Shown here: piece after piece, positions 1 through 11,084 of the stretch | How the letters are laid out: every line of letters begins with the position of its first letter | Numbering within the stretch: the first letter of the stretch is position 1 | Assembly: GCF_006345805.1 (NCBI RefSeq) | Contig: NW_021834424.1 | Location: 1 to 51,307 of the forward strand | Direction: 5' to 3' | From: Octopus sinensis | Lineage: Eukaryota | DNA length: 51,307 nucleotides | Notes under the pieces: model-generated | Seen by the model: only the letters and a program-made list of their open reading frames with translations | What the model was told of the DNA's origin: nothing | Database searches by the model: none | Program-made: the position numbers and the translations under genes

Positions 1-732
1 ATTATAGCTGTGATTGGGGCTGATTTGTAATGGATTCTTTGGAATGTAATATTTGTGTGGTGTAATTTTCTTTTATTCTAAAGTTGAGTTAATTAATCGT
101 TTGTCGTAGACTCTTTAAGAAGTGGCCTGTAATTTTGTAATAAAGAGAGTTTCTTTACTTATTCGTTGTCTCGAAGATGTATCGTCCCTAAATTGGGTAG
201 AGGGGGAAAATCCTGAAGCCTGTTGTTTTGTTTTTGCGCAAGTATCTATGTGTGGCTGAAAGCTATTTTTTCTTTTCTGTTTTGGGGAATTTTTATCTAT
301 CGGGATTTTGCAGGGCCATTCTTTTACGCAAACTATTTTTTGTTTGGCCTATGTACTGCTCTTGACACCCGAGCAGGTTAGTGAGTATATTAGGTTCTCC
401 GAAGCACATGTGAAGTTGCTTTTCACTGTAAAACCGTTGTCCCTGTTTGAAGGAGAACTCTGATCCCTCTTAGATAGTCGCATATCCCGCAATTGGGTCT
501 TCCACATTTTTTACTGTCGGCTTCTGTGTTGAAGAGTAAATTCGGGCTTGTGTTAGGAGACTTTTCATAGATTTAGGCTTCTCTTTCTTGCTTTTTATGA
601 TCGTGTGTGTTTGGAGGATTGTGTTCATTCTGTGGTCTTTTTTTAGGAGGGGTATGTTGTGGAGGATGGTGCCGAAGGCTTCGTTATTGTGAGGGTTGTG
701 TGTGGAGATGTATGGTAAGGCTTTTGGAATTC
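1..732 (-). mobile_element. Penelope-like element (family A), 3' part: linker + GIY-YIG endonuclease + start of pLTR/3'UTR; runs off the window start
   Basis: Manual minus-strand translation gives LPYISTHNPHNNEAF...KSLLTQARIYSSTQKPTVK. The next segment is the reverse complement of the GIY-YIG ORF at 696-968 (CxxC...NLIYSLTCSGCQEQYIGQTKNSLRKR). Frameshifted. Confidence 0.85.
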
Positions 733-1145
733 ACTCTTCAACACAGAAGCCGACAGTAAAAAAATGTAGAAGCCCCAATTGCGGGATATGCGATTATCTA
801 ATTGAGGGATCAGAGTTCTCCTTCAAACAGGGACAACGGTTTACAGTGAAAAGCAACTTCACATGTGCTTCGGAGAACCTAATATACTCACTAACCTGCT
901 CCGGGTGTCAAGAGCAGTACATAGGCCAAACAAAAAATAGTTTGCGTAAAAGAATGGCAAACGATTAATATACCTCAACTTTAGAATAAAAGAAATACAC
1001 ACACAAATATTACATTCCAAAGAATCCATTACAAATCAGCCCCAATCACAGCTATAATCCATAACATGCCAACTTCAAGTCATACAACACCTCACTACTT
1101 TCACCCATTCATATTCTCCCTTCTCTTTTTTCTTCTTCTTCCTCT
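727..1145 (+). mobile_element. Inverted, internally deleted copy of the family A PLE end (partial GIY-YIG + 3'UTR)
   Basis: 727-958 is the reverse complement of ~315-545, and ~999-1058 is the reverse complement of 1-59. ORF 696-968 has the IY..YIG motif. Confidence 0.85.
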
Positions 1146-1159
1146 TTTTCTTCATCATC

Positions 1160-3130
1160 ATCATTACAAAGACTGCACTTGCCACTGCCGTTGGTGTGGA
1201 GCTTAGACTTGGCTAAGATCTGTCCAATGGATGTTGTGAACTGACCACCTTTATCTTTAAGAGGACCATATTGACTGGGTAAATTGGTCATTTCCTTTTA
1301 TCCCAGTGCCTGAAGCTCCAGGTGTGGTTATTGAATCTGGCCTTGAAATTACCCTCTGTAAGGCCCGCGTATTTCTTCGTCGAAACCATGTCCTTAGTAG
1401 ATATAGAGTCCATGGTGGCTTTATAAATGATGGTCTCGGATATGCAAGCTTCATTTAGCGGGCACAAATTTTTATCCTTGCATGAACAGTTGGTTTCATT
1501 TTTTGGTTTTTATGTGTTGTGTGCGAATATATTTTTAAGATTAGTAGTTGAGCTAAAACTGATTTTTAAGTTAAGTTTATTGAAGAGTTTTCTGTAACTA
1601 TGGTTGACTGGAAAATGTCTATCTATCAGTGCTAAGAAATACTTACCTATATTAAAGGTGAGTAGGGGGTGTGAACCAGTTTTCCTATTCCTGTGCGTTT
1701 GCTTTCTTTTATTTATTATTGGACTAGTGGCAAGTGTATAGGTTATTTTCTCGCTAAATCCACTATCTTTTAGAGCCTTATTATATACTGGGGCAACGCT
1801 ATTAAAAATGTCCCTGTGCGAGGAGAGGCTAGAAATTATTTTGCTAATGTTTTTAACCTAATTTTTAAACACTAAGGCGGGATGGTAGGAACCCACATTA
1901 ACATAACTATCATTGGACTTCCTATAAGTCTATCATAGGGCTTCCTATAATGTTTATAAGTATTCTTATTTAGATCTATGGACACATCTAGGAAATTGAC
2001 AACCGTTAGGTTGGTATCTGCAGTTATGCTAACAATGAAAGTTTTCATCAATTGGATAATATCCTTCCTAAACCGACCATGTGCTGGTCCATTGGTATTT
2101 GTGGTTAAGGCTAGGGCATCATCTTTGCAAATGGCGAAGTATACGCCAGGAAAAGTCTTGCCCAACATATCGAGTAGGAACAGTCCAATGAGATCGCATA
2201 TGCCTGCTCCATCATATGACGCCATGCTCACATCGAAAGCACCCTCGGTAGTTTTGACCCAATCTGCATTCTCGCTGAAGCGTAAAGTCTTTCTAGTATG
2301 GAAGATTATGTCATTATCTTGTGTACTAATTTCTATAACTTCGCTTGCGTAGGTTAAGGGCTTTATCTAGCAGTTCCTTAGAGATAGAGGCATAACAATC
2401 GACAATATCGAATTGCGTGAATCTCACTTTATTCATATTCCTAATGGCTTTAAAACAGTCAATGACTTCTATACTATTGGACCATTGTACTAACATAGTA
2501 GCATTCCTGACTTTCCCATTGATTTTTCCTAACATTTCTTTACTAATAATCCCAAGTTCTGATTTAGCTGAGTTAATAAGCCTACATATAGGATTAGATA
2601 GGAAGTACTTTTTATGGTCAATAAAAATGCGTTTTTTGGAGGGAGGACCTCTATTTTTGATCTAATTTACGTTTGGCGGCGATAATGCTAGCTTCTTTAT
2701 TAATTTCGTAATAGGTTTGTGGCCTAGCCTTGGTGTAATTATTGACGATGCTGTTGTGAAGAAGTTGTGAATTTGTGCTGTTTTCTACTAGGTATAAGTT
2801 CTTGGTTTTATCGGGAAAAAGTGCCCTTTTTTGGAACTCTTTATGTAATTAATATCTATTTTCAGGTTCTGTTGGAAAGAGTTAAAAGACTTAGGAACTT
2901 TTATTTTGTTCATGAGCTTCAGTAGGTCCGCTTCGAAATCTTCCAAGCCTTTGATTTTTGGAGGGAATTTCTTAGATTTAATAACATAGACTATGTTCTC
3001 TATAGTGTCCTCTTCCAAGTTGTAAAAGAAAGCTTTCCATCCCATGCGTTTAATAAGGTCTGTAATTTTCTCCAAAAGTTTCTTAGAGTATAAGATCCCT
3101 CGACGATATAGAAGAACTGAACACTTCAGA
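1160..3130 (-). mobile_element. Penelope-like element (family B), degenerate RT + C-terminal GIY-YIG
   Basis: ORF pieces LIKRMGWKAFF...DFEADL (2788-3075), QWSNSIEVIDCF...FDIVDCYASI (2326-2535) and SYDGAGICDLIGLFL...KDDAL...NFLDV (1872-2231). Manual translation downstream gives CSCKDKNLCPLNEAC..IIYKAT..YAGLTEGNFKARFNNH..CSLC. Confidence 0.88.
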
Positions 3131-3269
3131 TCATGTCGACATGTGGCTAAATATTTGTTACGTTTTTGTTACCCCCCGAGATTACGGATAGGACTTGCTT
3201 TTTTTTATATTGTGTCCACGTATAAGCTTTTCATCTCTCTATACTCTTTACTTATATTTCTTAAATATT

Positions 3270-3990
3270 TTTTATATTTTTTACATATTTACAAAGATAT
3301 TGTTTTATAGGTTCATTGCTCATATATTTTTTACACATATTTTTTCTCTATTTTACATTCCACCCTGATTTTTCCTGTGCGTATATAGGCGTGTATTGGG
3401 TTTTTTGTGTGCACGTGTGGATGTGTGCGTGTGTGCGGGTATGTGCGTATATAGACCTGTATAGGAACCTTTTTTTGCGTGTGTGTGTGTGTGAGCGTGT
3501 GTGCGTGTATGTGTGAGCGTGTGTGCGTGTATGCATAATTTATTTAGGGCGAATGTGGGGGTACGCATGTGTGTGTTTCTATCGAGTGTGGACGAGCATA
3601 TGCACATAGGCATATGTATGTGGATATGCGTGCGCGCATGTGTATGTATAGACATGCGCGCATACGCGTTCGCCATGAGCTTATTTACACCTTTACTTTT
3701 TATTCTTATTGCTTATTTTAAAAACATTTTTACACATTTTTCTTTATTTTGCCAGTAGCCCTGTTTATTCTTGTGCATGTGCGTATATTGAGATGTGTAT
3801 GAATCTTTTTTGCGCACGTGTGTGTGTGAGCGAGCGTCTATGTATATATTTTTAGTTTTTGGTGAATGTGTAGGTGAGTATGTGTGTGTTTCAAGTTTAG
3901 GGTGGATGAGTATATACATATAGGCACATGTTCGTAGGTGTACGGGCGCGCAAGTGTATGTATGGACATGCACTCTTATGCGATTGCTTT
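3270..3990. repeat. Diverged ~300-400 bp GT-rich tandem duplication
   Basis: Recurrent motifs, e.g. gacatgc..tttac.cc.ttactttt at ~3651 and ~3965, and ttttttgcg..tgtgtgtgtgagcg at ~3472 and ~3806. Confidence 0.4.
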
Positions 3991-4419
3991 GAACATTTTT
4001 ACTCCCTTACTTTTACTCTCTCCCCTTACTTAGCGGTCATACTAATAGCTCTTTTGTCTTAATAACAGTCAACAACACAGTAATTTCCCTTTCTTTTAAC
4101 GGTCATTTTCATAGCATTGTTTTCGATGGTCCGATAACTGGAGAGATGCCGCCGTGGGTTTCATTACCCTCAGATGTAACTTTACATCACTCCAATTTAC
4201 TTTTAATTTGATCATGCATGGTAGAATCAAATTTATTTTCACCAAGTTCTTTATTACTACTTACTCATTTAGATAATGTTATCTTTGATCTATTTTGAGC
4301 TGAACTTTTATTCGATTCAATGTTATTAAATATGTTAAATTCGGTCGTTTTCCTATCAGCGACTTTTAAATTCTTAGCGTTTTCTTCTATTTGAATTTTT
4401 TTTATTCCGTTTGACATTG

Positions 4420-4526
4420 TTATGCTTTACACACACACACACCCGCGCAAGCAAACACACACACATACACACACACCCGCGCAAGCAAACACACACACAT
4501 ACACACACACACACACACAGACCACA

Positions 4527-4585
<59 letters not shown>

Positions 4586-4830
4586 TTATATATATATACC
4601 AGAGTAAGCACATAAATGTGTAACAAAGGTGGAATAAATAGTACTCGAATACCGGAGGTAAGTATATGTTTTACTAATAAAGTTGCAAAGACATCATAAA
4701 GCCTGTTACTCGATTTTTCACGTTCCCGTCGGGTAGATTATTATATATATATTATATATATAATATATATATAGTATATAATATTATATAGATATATTAT
4801 ATATATATATATATATATAATCTTAATATA
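4420..4830. repeat. (CA)n/(TA)n microsatellites
   Basis: Directly visible. Confidence 0.9.
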
Positions 4831-4879
4831 TATACACATATATAATCTTAGTATTCATTTTGCTTGTGATAAGGCTGGT

Positions 4880-5575
4880 ATAATTCATTATCTAGAAGTG
4901 AGGTGGATATAATTCTAGCGGCTAGAAAAACCATTATTGAATTTTATGGTAATATTGGACTAGAACAAGTAGACCTGATTTTATTTGATATTACAGTGGG
5001 ATCGAGTGATTCGACACAAGTTACCGTTTTAGTTGGTCTTTATATTCTTTATTGTATACATAATGAACTTCCAGAATTAGGAGACGGATTATATGGAAAC
5101 GACGCTCTTTTCACTGTATATAAATCTAATGTGATTAATTTAGAAAAGTGTAGAAAGAGTCTTTATAAATTCTTCAAGTGTCTTGATCTTTCAAAAAGTA
5201 ACCCTAGTATATTCAAAAATGAATATACTAGGATTACTTTTCTGCATATTACTCTTGGTTTACATAATGAATTATACCATCCTTATCATAAGCTCAATGA
5301 ATACTTAAGATATATAAATAAAAATTCTAACCAAGAAGCATAAATTCGTTCTTTAAGAATACATCTACTCGTATTTCGAGAGTTTCGGCTAATGAGGATA
5401 TATTTAAATCAAAATCATACTCATTATAACCATGCATTATTGGAAGCGAGATATACAGATAAGGTTTACTATAACCAGAATCATCGTAATAATAATAAAG
5501 TTCTAGAAAATTGTAAGATTATAGATATGTTAAAAATTAATAAAAAGTATAAGAATACTAAAAATCTACTTTGAA
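4880..5575 (+). mobile_element. Penelope-like RT fragment (diverged relative of family B)
   Basis: ORF 4903-5343 GSSDSTQVTVLVGLYIL...GLYGNDALF...FFKCL...ITFLHITL..YHPYHKLNE.LRYIN aligns by eye with the RT at 1872-2231. The catalytic DD is mutated to ND. Confidence 0.75.
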
Positions 5576-5585
5576 ATAATAATGA

Positions 5586-5616
<31 letters not shown>

Positions 5617-5621
5617 TCAAT

Positions 5622-6068
5622 AATAAATGCCCTGATGCGGTACCAGGCACTGGCTCCCGTGGTTACTTATCTTAAATGATTGGAAGTGTTATCACGTACA
5701 TTGTTTTGTCTTGGTATAAAAGATGGTCTACACCAAACCCGATTTGCTTAGCTTGCATCTCTGATCACGAACAGAACTAGTGGAGCAACATCATAGCCAT
5801 ATGTTAAGAGGAATTCTTTAGGGTTTGAATAATTCACCTTTAGAAACAACCCTTATTCAGGGATCTTTTGAGCGGGCTGGGTTACTCGACCTGAGGAAAT
5901 TTCTAACTGGGCCCTACCTACAAGGCCATGCGCAATTTATCTTGATATGAGAATACCCTGTCGCGCAAATATGGTTGGAATGTAAGTGCCTGATGTACGA
6001 ATAGTCATAATGTGTGTACTGAGCTTCGTATATTTTACCCAGGTGTCACTTTGATGGCATGCACTGCA
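5622..6068. mobile_element. Non-coding interspersed repeat piece abutting (AAT)n, probably the UTR of a (TAA)n-targeting element
   Basis: Complex sequence starting directly at an (AAT)n tract. It resembles a repeat I recall from octopus DNA (unverified). Confidence 0.4.
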
Positions 6069-6205
6069 AAATTTGTGTCTCGCTTGCTCACGGATGATCA
6101 CAAACAGTCATGAGCGATTACGTACCGTAAACAGTTGGAAGCTGATCCAAACCTTTTTAGAATGTCATCACTGGTGACGAAAGCTGACCCGGAAACGAAG
6201 CAGCA
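6066..6205 (+). mobile_element. Mariner transposase fragment (AKFVSRLLTDD...ITGDES/DPETKQQ)
   Basis: Mariner motif around the first catalytic D. 6088-6205 is identical to the reverse complement of 17194-17311. Confidence 0.85.
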
Positions 6206-6242
6206 ATAATAATAATAACATTAATAACTAATAATAATAATG

Positions 6243-6294
<52 letters not shown>

Positions 6295-6382
6295 TAATAA
6301 TAATGATAGTAGTATTAGTAGTATTAGTAGTAGTAATAGTAATAGCAATAGCAATAGCAATAGCAATAGTAATAATAATAAC

Positions 6383-6413
<31 letters not shown>

Positions 6414-6646
6414 TTAATAATAATAATAATAATAATATTGTCGATGTGAGAACTGTTGCTGCTCATGTATTTTAATTTAACTTAAAAAAAAAAAAAATGA
6501 ACGAACTACTGAGTTTGGTTTAATGGCCTACCAATATACACTATGAGTTTCTTTGCCCTAGGAGTCGGGAAGACACTCGGCAAGAAATGGAAGAAAATTT
6601 GAAAGAAGAAAAAAAAGTAATAATAATAATAATGATAATGATAAGG

Positions 6647-6735
<89 letters not shown>

Positions 6736-6931
6736 AGTAAAATTAATAGTATTACTAATACTAATGCTAAAAATAATAATAATGATAATAATAATAATAA
6801 TAATATAATAATAATAAAATATAATAATAATAATGATGATGATGATAATGATGATAATGATTGATGATGATGATGATAATGATAATAATAATAATATTAA
6901 TAAAATAATAATAATAATAATAATAATAATG

Positions 6932-6962
<31 letters not shown>

Positions 6963-6963
6963 A

Positions 6964-6995
<32 letters not shown>

Positions 6996-7160
6996 CAATA
7001 ACAATAACAATAACAATATATAATATAATATAAAATGAAATAATGATAATAATATAATAATAATAATAATGATGATGATGGATAATAATAATAGTAATAA
7101 CATAAACAATAACAATAGCTATAACAATAACAATAACAATAACAATAACAATAACTATAC
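6206..7160. repeat. Compound trinucleotide microsatellite (AAT/GAT/AGT/AAC), interrupted at 6437-6616
   Basis: Directly visible. Confidence 0.95.
6437..6616 (+). mobile_element. Very short 5'-truncated R4/Dong insertion (stop codon + 3'UTR)
   Basis: Near-copy of 7649-7842 (attgtcgatgtgagaact...ccctaggagtcgggaagacactcggcaagaaatg), flanked by (AAT)n. Confidence 0.8.
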
Positions 7161-7842
7161 TATAACAGTGGAGTATAAATAAGACATGACAGAGTTGGCC
7201 AGTATCTACACTGGCTAATAAGTCGGCATTTCAATATCAAAACTGCCGACAAGTGGTATAATCACCACCCTGAGGCTGTAACTGAAGGAGAAAATGTAAC
7301 GATTCTGTGATACTTTCCAGTACATACAGACCGAACCATCAAAGCCATTAGACGGATAGTTTGTGAAAGACCAAAAACAATAATGTTTGCTTATTGATCG
7401 ACATGAGCACCCCTATGATCATAATATCTCGGCGAAAGATTTTGACAAGCTCAGAAAATATAAAGACCTGCTGCTCATTGAAATTGAGAAATGTGGCATC
7501 TCAAGGCGGTTACAATACCAGTGATCGTAGGAGCACTAGGAATGATCAAGAAGGAACCGAAATTATATGAGCATGATCCCTGGCTTACATCCCTGCAAGA
7601 AGTGCAAAAGATTGTCTTAACTGGTACATCACATGTATTGAGAAGAGCATTGTCGATGTGAGAACTATTACTAACCCATGTATTTTAATTTAACTTAAAA
7701 AGAAAATTAAAAATTAAAAAAACGAACGAATTATTGAGTTTAGTTTAATGGCCTACCAATGTATACTATGAGTTTCTTTGCCCTAGGAGTCGGGAAGACA
7801 CTCGGCAAGAAATGAAAGCAAATTTGAAAGAAGAAAAAGAAA
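7160..7842 (+). mobile_element. R4/Dong non-LTR retrotransposon 3' fragment (REL endonuclease + 3'UTR)
   Basis: Manual translation across frameshifts: RHDRVGQYLHW...HTDRTIKA...LLIDMS...KLRKYKDLL.IE...IPVIVGALGMIKK...HVLRRALSM*. Flanked by (AAT)/(AAC). Confidence 0.85.
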
Positions 7843-7982
7843 ATAATAATAATAATGATAATAATGATAATAATGATAATGATAATAATAATAATGATAA
7901 TAATAATGATAATAATAATAACATAATAATAATAATAATGATGATGCTGATGCTTATGATGATGATGATGATGATGATGATG

Positions 7983-8042
<60 letters not shown>

Positions 8043-8059
8043 TTAATAATATTAATAAT
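7843..8059. repeat. (AAT)n/(GAT)n microsatellite
   Basis: Directly visible. Confidence 0.95.
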
Positions 8060-8385
8060 AAAACAATACCTGTTTGTCATAGGTGCCCTGGAATGATAAA
8101 AAAGGGGCTGATTGCTACCTAACTCAGATACCAGGAAACCCCAAAATGGCAGAATTCAAAGGATAGTGCTCATGGAAACGCTCATATCCTACGCAAATAC
8201 TTCTTTGTAATCTCAAGTTTTAAAACAAACATAATTTTCGTATGGTTTTGTTTGGGGTATTCACTAGTACAACACTATGTACAAAACAAGTATATGGCAC
8301 CCTAGGCATAACACCAACATGAACTTCCAACTTGTTGTCTCTTGAGGTCTCTGGGTGAGACTTGGAGACATATAAGTCAAACATA
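8060..8385 (+). mobile_element. R4/Dong 3' fragment, second subfamily
   Basis: TIP.VIGAL.MIKKGADCYLTQIPGNPKMAE..RIVLM..AHILRK (frameshifted). Its 3'UTR differs from 7680-7842. Confidence 0.75.
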
Positions 8386-8520
8386 TAATGATAATAATAA
8401 TAATATAATAATAATGATGATGATGATGATGATGATAAGAAGAAGAAAAAGAAGAAGAAGAAGATTATGATGATGAACAACAACAACAACGCCAACAACA
8501 ACATCGAAAAATACCTTAGG

Positions 8521-8567
8521 GATGACCTGATTAAGGCTGGAGTGTGTATCAGCCGAAACGTTGTGTT
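8521..8567 (+). ncRNA. Degenerate minimal hammerhead ribozyme motif (PLE pLTR type)
   Basis: CTGATTA-A-GGCTG(10 nt)CAGCC-GAAA-CG-TT. One core G (CUGAUGA) has become T; stem I is weak. Confidence 0.5.
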
Positions 8568-8858
8568 AACAACCAACAAGATGAGGTCAAACATCCGTCA
8601 AATATAAATAATGTATGTTATTGATTGTTGTTAATATTCTTGATTTCTTAAAATTCTGCATAAGGATCGTTGGATTTACCTGGGATTTGTTTTCTACATG
8701 AATTTACTGGTATCTACTTGTTGGGAGCATAACCTTATTCCTTACTTGATATCTGCCAGGATTTTTTTAACCTCATTTGTTTCTTTTACACACACACGCG
8801 CGCGCGCGCGGGCACACACACACACACACACTTACACAAACACACAAATATATATATA

Positions 8859-8996
8859 GGACGCAGGAGTGGCTGTGTGGTAAGTAGTTTGATTACCAGC
8901 CACATGGTTTTGGGTTCAGTCCTACTGTGTGACACATTGGGCCGATCAAAGCTTTGTGAATGTATTTGGTAGATGGAAACTGAAAGAAGTGCGTCG

Positions 8997-8997
<1 letters not shown>
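8859..8997 (+). mobile_element. tRNA-derived SINE (family S1), head/core
   Basis: A-box-like tggctgtgtggtaag, B-box-like gggttcagtcc, and core ..gtagatggaaactgaaagaag. Many homologues occur in the window. Confidence 0.8.
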
Positions 8998-9065
<68 letters not shown>

Positions 9066-9084
9066 TGTGTATGTATATATATAT

Positions 9085-10338
9085 ATAATATAAATAATAT
9101 ATAAATATATGCATATATACATACATATATGTACATACCTACATATGTATATATACATACATATATGGGTACAGGACATAAAAAAACTTTAAAAACATGA
9201 GAAATGTAAACATAAAAACAAAAACATAGAAAGGAACAAGACATACAACACAAGGAATATTCTCCTTCAGTTGTCCCTGTTTCGTCTACTCAGTGTTTCG
9301 AAGGTAAGGACAAGACGCGACTACTTGAAACAATCCTTTCCGCAAAGCCAATTAAATAAAATTTGAGATTTATTTTTTGCGGAGGGTGAAAGTGATAACA
9401 AGAACAGGACAGAGAGAACAAAACAGTAAAAACAATAAAAAAGTAAAAACAGTAAAAGACAGAACAATGAGACCAAAACAATGAAAACAAACGATGAGGG
9501 CTATTAAGCCAAGGAGATGGAAAAATTATTGTGAACGCTAAAGAAGACAACTTAAGAAAGAGACAGGATAAGCTGGTCTAGTCTTGGTGAAGATAGCAGT
9601 TCATAAGATGGCTTCTCTCTGATCACGTGTCAGTAACGAGAGAATCGAGGAGGAGGACGGAGAGAGGGAACGGTGAAGGGGAGAGGAGAAGAATAGGAAA
9701 GGGTGGGAGTGAAAACCAGAAAGGATGAAGAACAAGAGCGGGAGAGAGATAGACAGAGAGGAGATAGTAAAGAAGGAGAGCGCGCATCGTAATTATTAAG
9801 ATAAAAACTTACTTGGAAAAGGATGCGTGGCGTTCGATCATATAATAATATAGATAATATATAAATATATGCATATATACATACATATATGTATAAACCT
9901 ACATATATATGTATATATACATGCATATAAGGGTACAGGTATCAAAAAACTTTGAACATATGAGAAACGAAAACATAAAATAAAATCATAGAAACGAACT
10001 TTTTTTCATACAACGAAAAAAACAGAGGAACGAGACATACAACATAAGGAATATTCCCCTTCTTCAGTTGTCTCTGTTTCGAAGCTAAGGAAAAGACACG
10101 ACTTTATTGAAACTGTCTTTCCCACAAAGCAAATTAAATAAAATTTTGAGATTTTTTGCGGAGGGTGAAAGTGGTAACAAGAACAGGACAGTAAGAACAA
10201 ATCAGTAAAAAAAAAAAAAACGATGAGGGCTGTTAAGCCAAGACGATGGAAAAATTATTCTGAACGCTTAAGGAGACAGCTTATGAAGAGATAGGATAAG
10301 CTAGTCTGGTCTTGCCACGCCTCCTTTCCAAGTAAGTT

Positions 10339-10344
<6 letters not shown>
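9085..10344 (-). mobile_element. Non-coding element with tandem ~750-bp units plus an inverted terminal piece (PLE pLTR architecture)
   Basis: ~9085-9587 matches ~9845-10313 as a direct repeat. 9799-9831 is the reverse complement of 10314-10344. Confidence 0.6.
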
Positions 10345-10426
<82 letters not shown>

Positions 10427-10431
10427 CATCC

Positions 10432-10485
<54 letters not shown>

Positions 10486-10493
10486 TTATCTAG

Positions 10494-10552
<59 letters not shown>

Positions 10553-10565
10553 TATATATATAATA
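10345..10565. repeat. (TATC)n followed by (TA)n
   Basis: Directly visible. Confidence 0.95.
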
Positions 10566-10630
10566 TATTCAAAATGTGACCGTTGGCGATTTTTTCCTCG
10601 TCTTCCCTTTTTCTAGATCTTCCTTTTCCT

Positions 10631-10667
10631 ATGTTTCTGACGAAGAGCTCCGCTCGAACGTTAAGCC
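10631..10667 (+). ncRNA. Degenerate minimal hammerhead motif within a pLTR-like piece (~10570-10770)
   Basis: gttt-CTGACGA-A-GAGC tcc GCTC-GAA(A missing)-CG-TT-aagc. Confidence 0.5.
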
Positions 10668-10768
10668 CTCCTTCTTACCTTCTTTCCTGAGCGTCCAATA
10701 ATACTATATTTGTTCCCACGTTCTCGCGTTGTTATCTTTTTCTCTTGTGGTTCCATGGTTGGATTAAC

Positions 10769-10821
<53 letters not shown>

Positions 10822-10824
<3 letters not shown>

Positions 10825-10918
10825 GTTATATAATTAGGGCTAAGTAAATAATTTACTTTACCACATACCGGTATGTGGTAAAGTAAATTATTTTACTTAG
10901 CCCTAATTATATAACGTA
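10822..10918. repeat. 97-bp spacerless palindrome (48/49-nt arms, one indel)
   Basis: tacgttatataattagggctaagtaaataatttactttaccacatacc|ggtatgtggtaaagtaaattattttacttagccctaattatataacgta. Confidence 0.95.
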
Positions 10919-11010
10919 ATATTTTGAATATACCTTGAATAGTCCTTTTACACTACTGAACACTACTTGGTGAAATTAATAATAACTAAACTGATTTTAC
11001 CCTTTTTATT

Positions 11011-11041
<31 letters not shown>

Positions 11042-11084
11042 GTATATCTTACTCTGTGTGTGTGTATATGTATGTATGTATGAT

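Noticed and set aside
4110-4185. Partial hammerhead-like ggaccatcGAAA on the minus strand
   Set aside because: There is no CUGANGA with a matching stem II 5' arm upstream.
6157-8594. Poly-I/L/M/N ORFs, and similar HT/VC/F/S-rich ORFs elsewhere
   Set aside because: These are tri- and dinucleotide microsatellite translations with no coding signal.
9250-10090. Hammerhead-like GAAA and CTGAAGA words on the minus strand (~9255-9300 and ~10055-10085)
   Set aside because: GAAA precedes CUGANGA by only 9 nt, too short for stems III and I in any topology.
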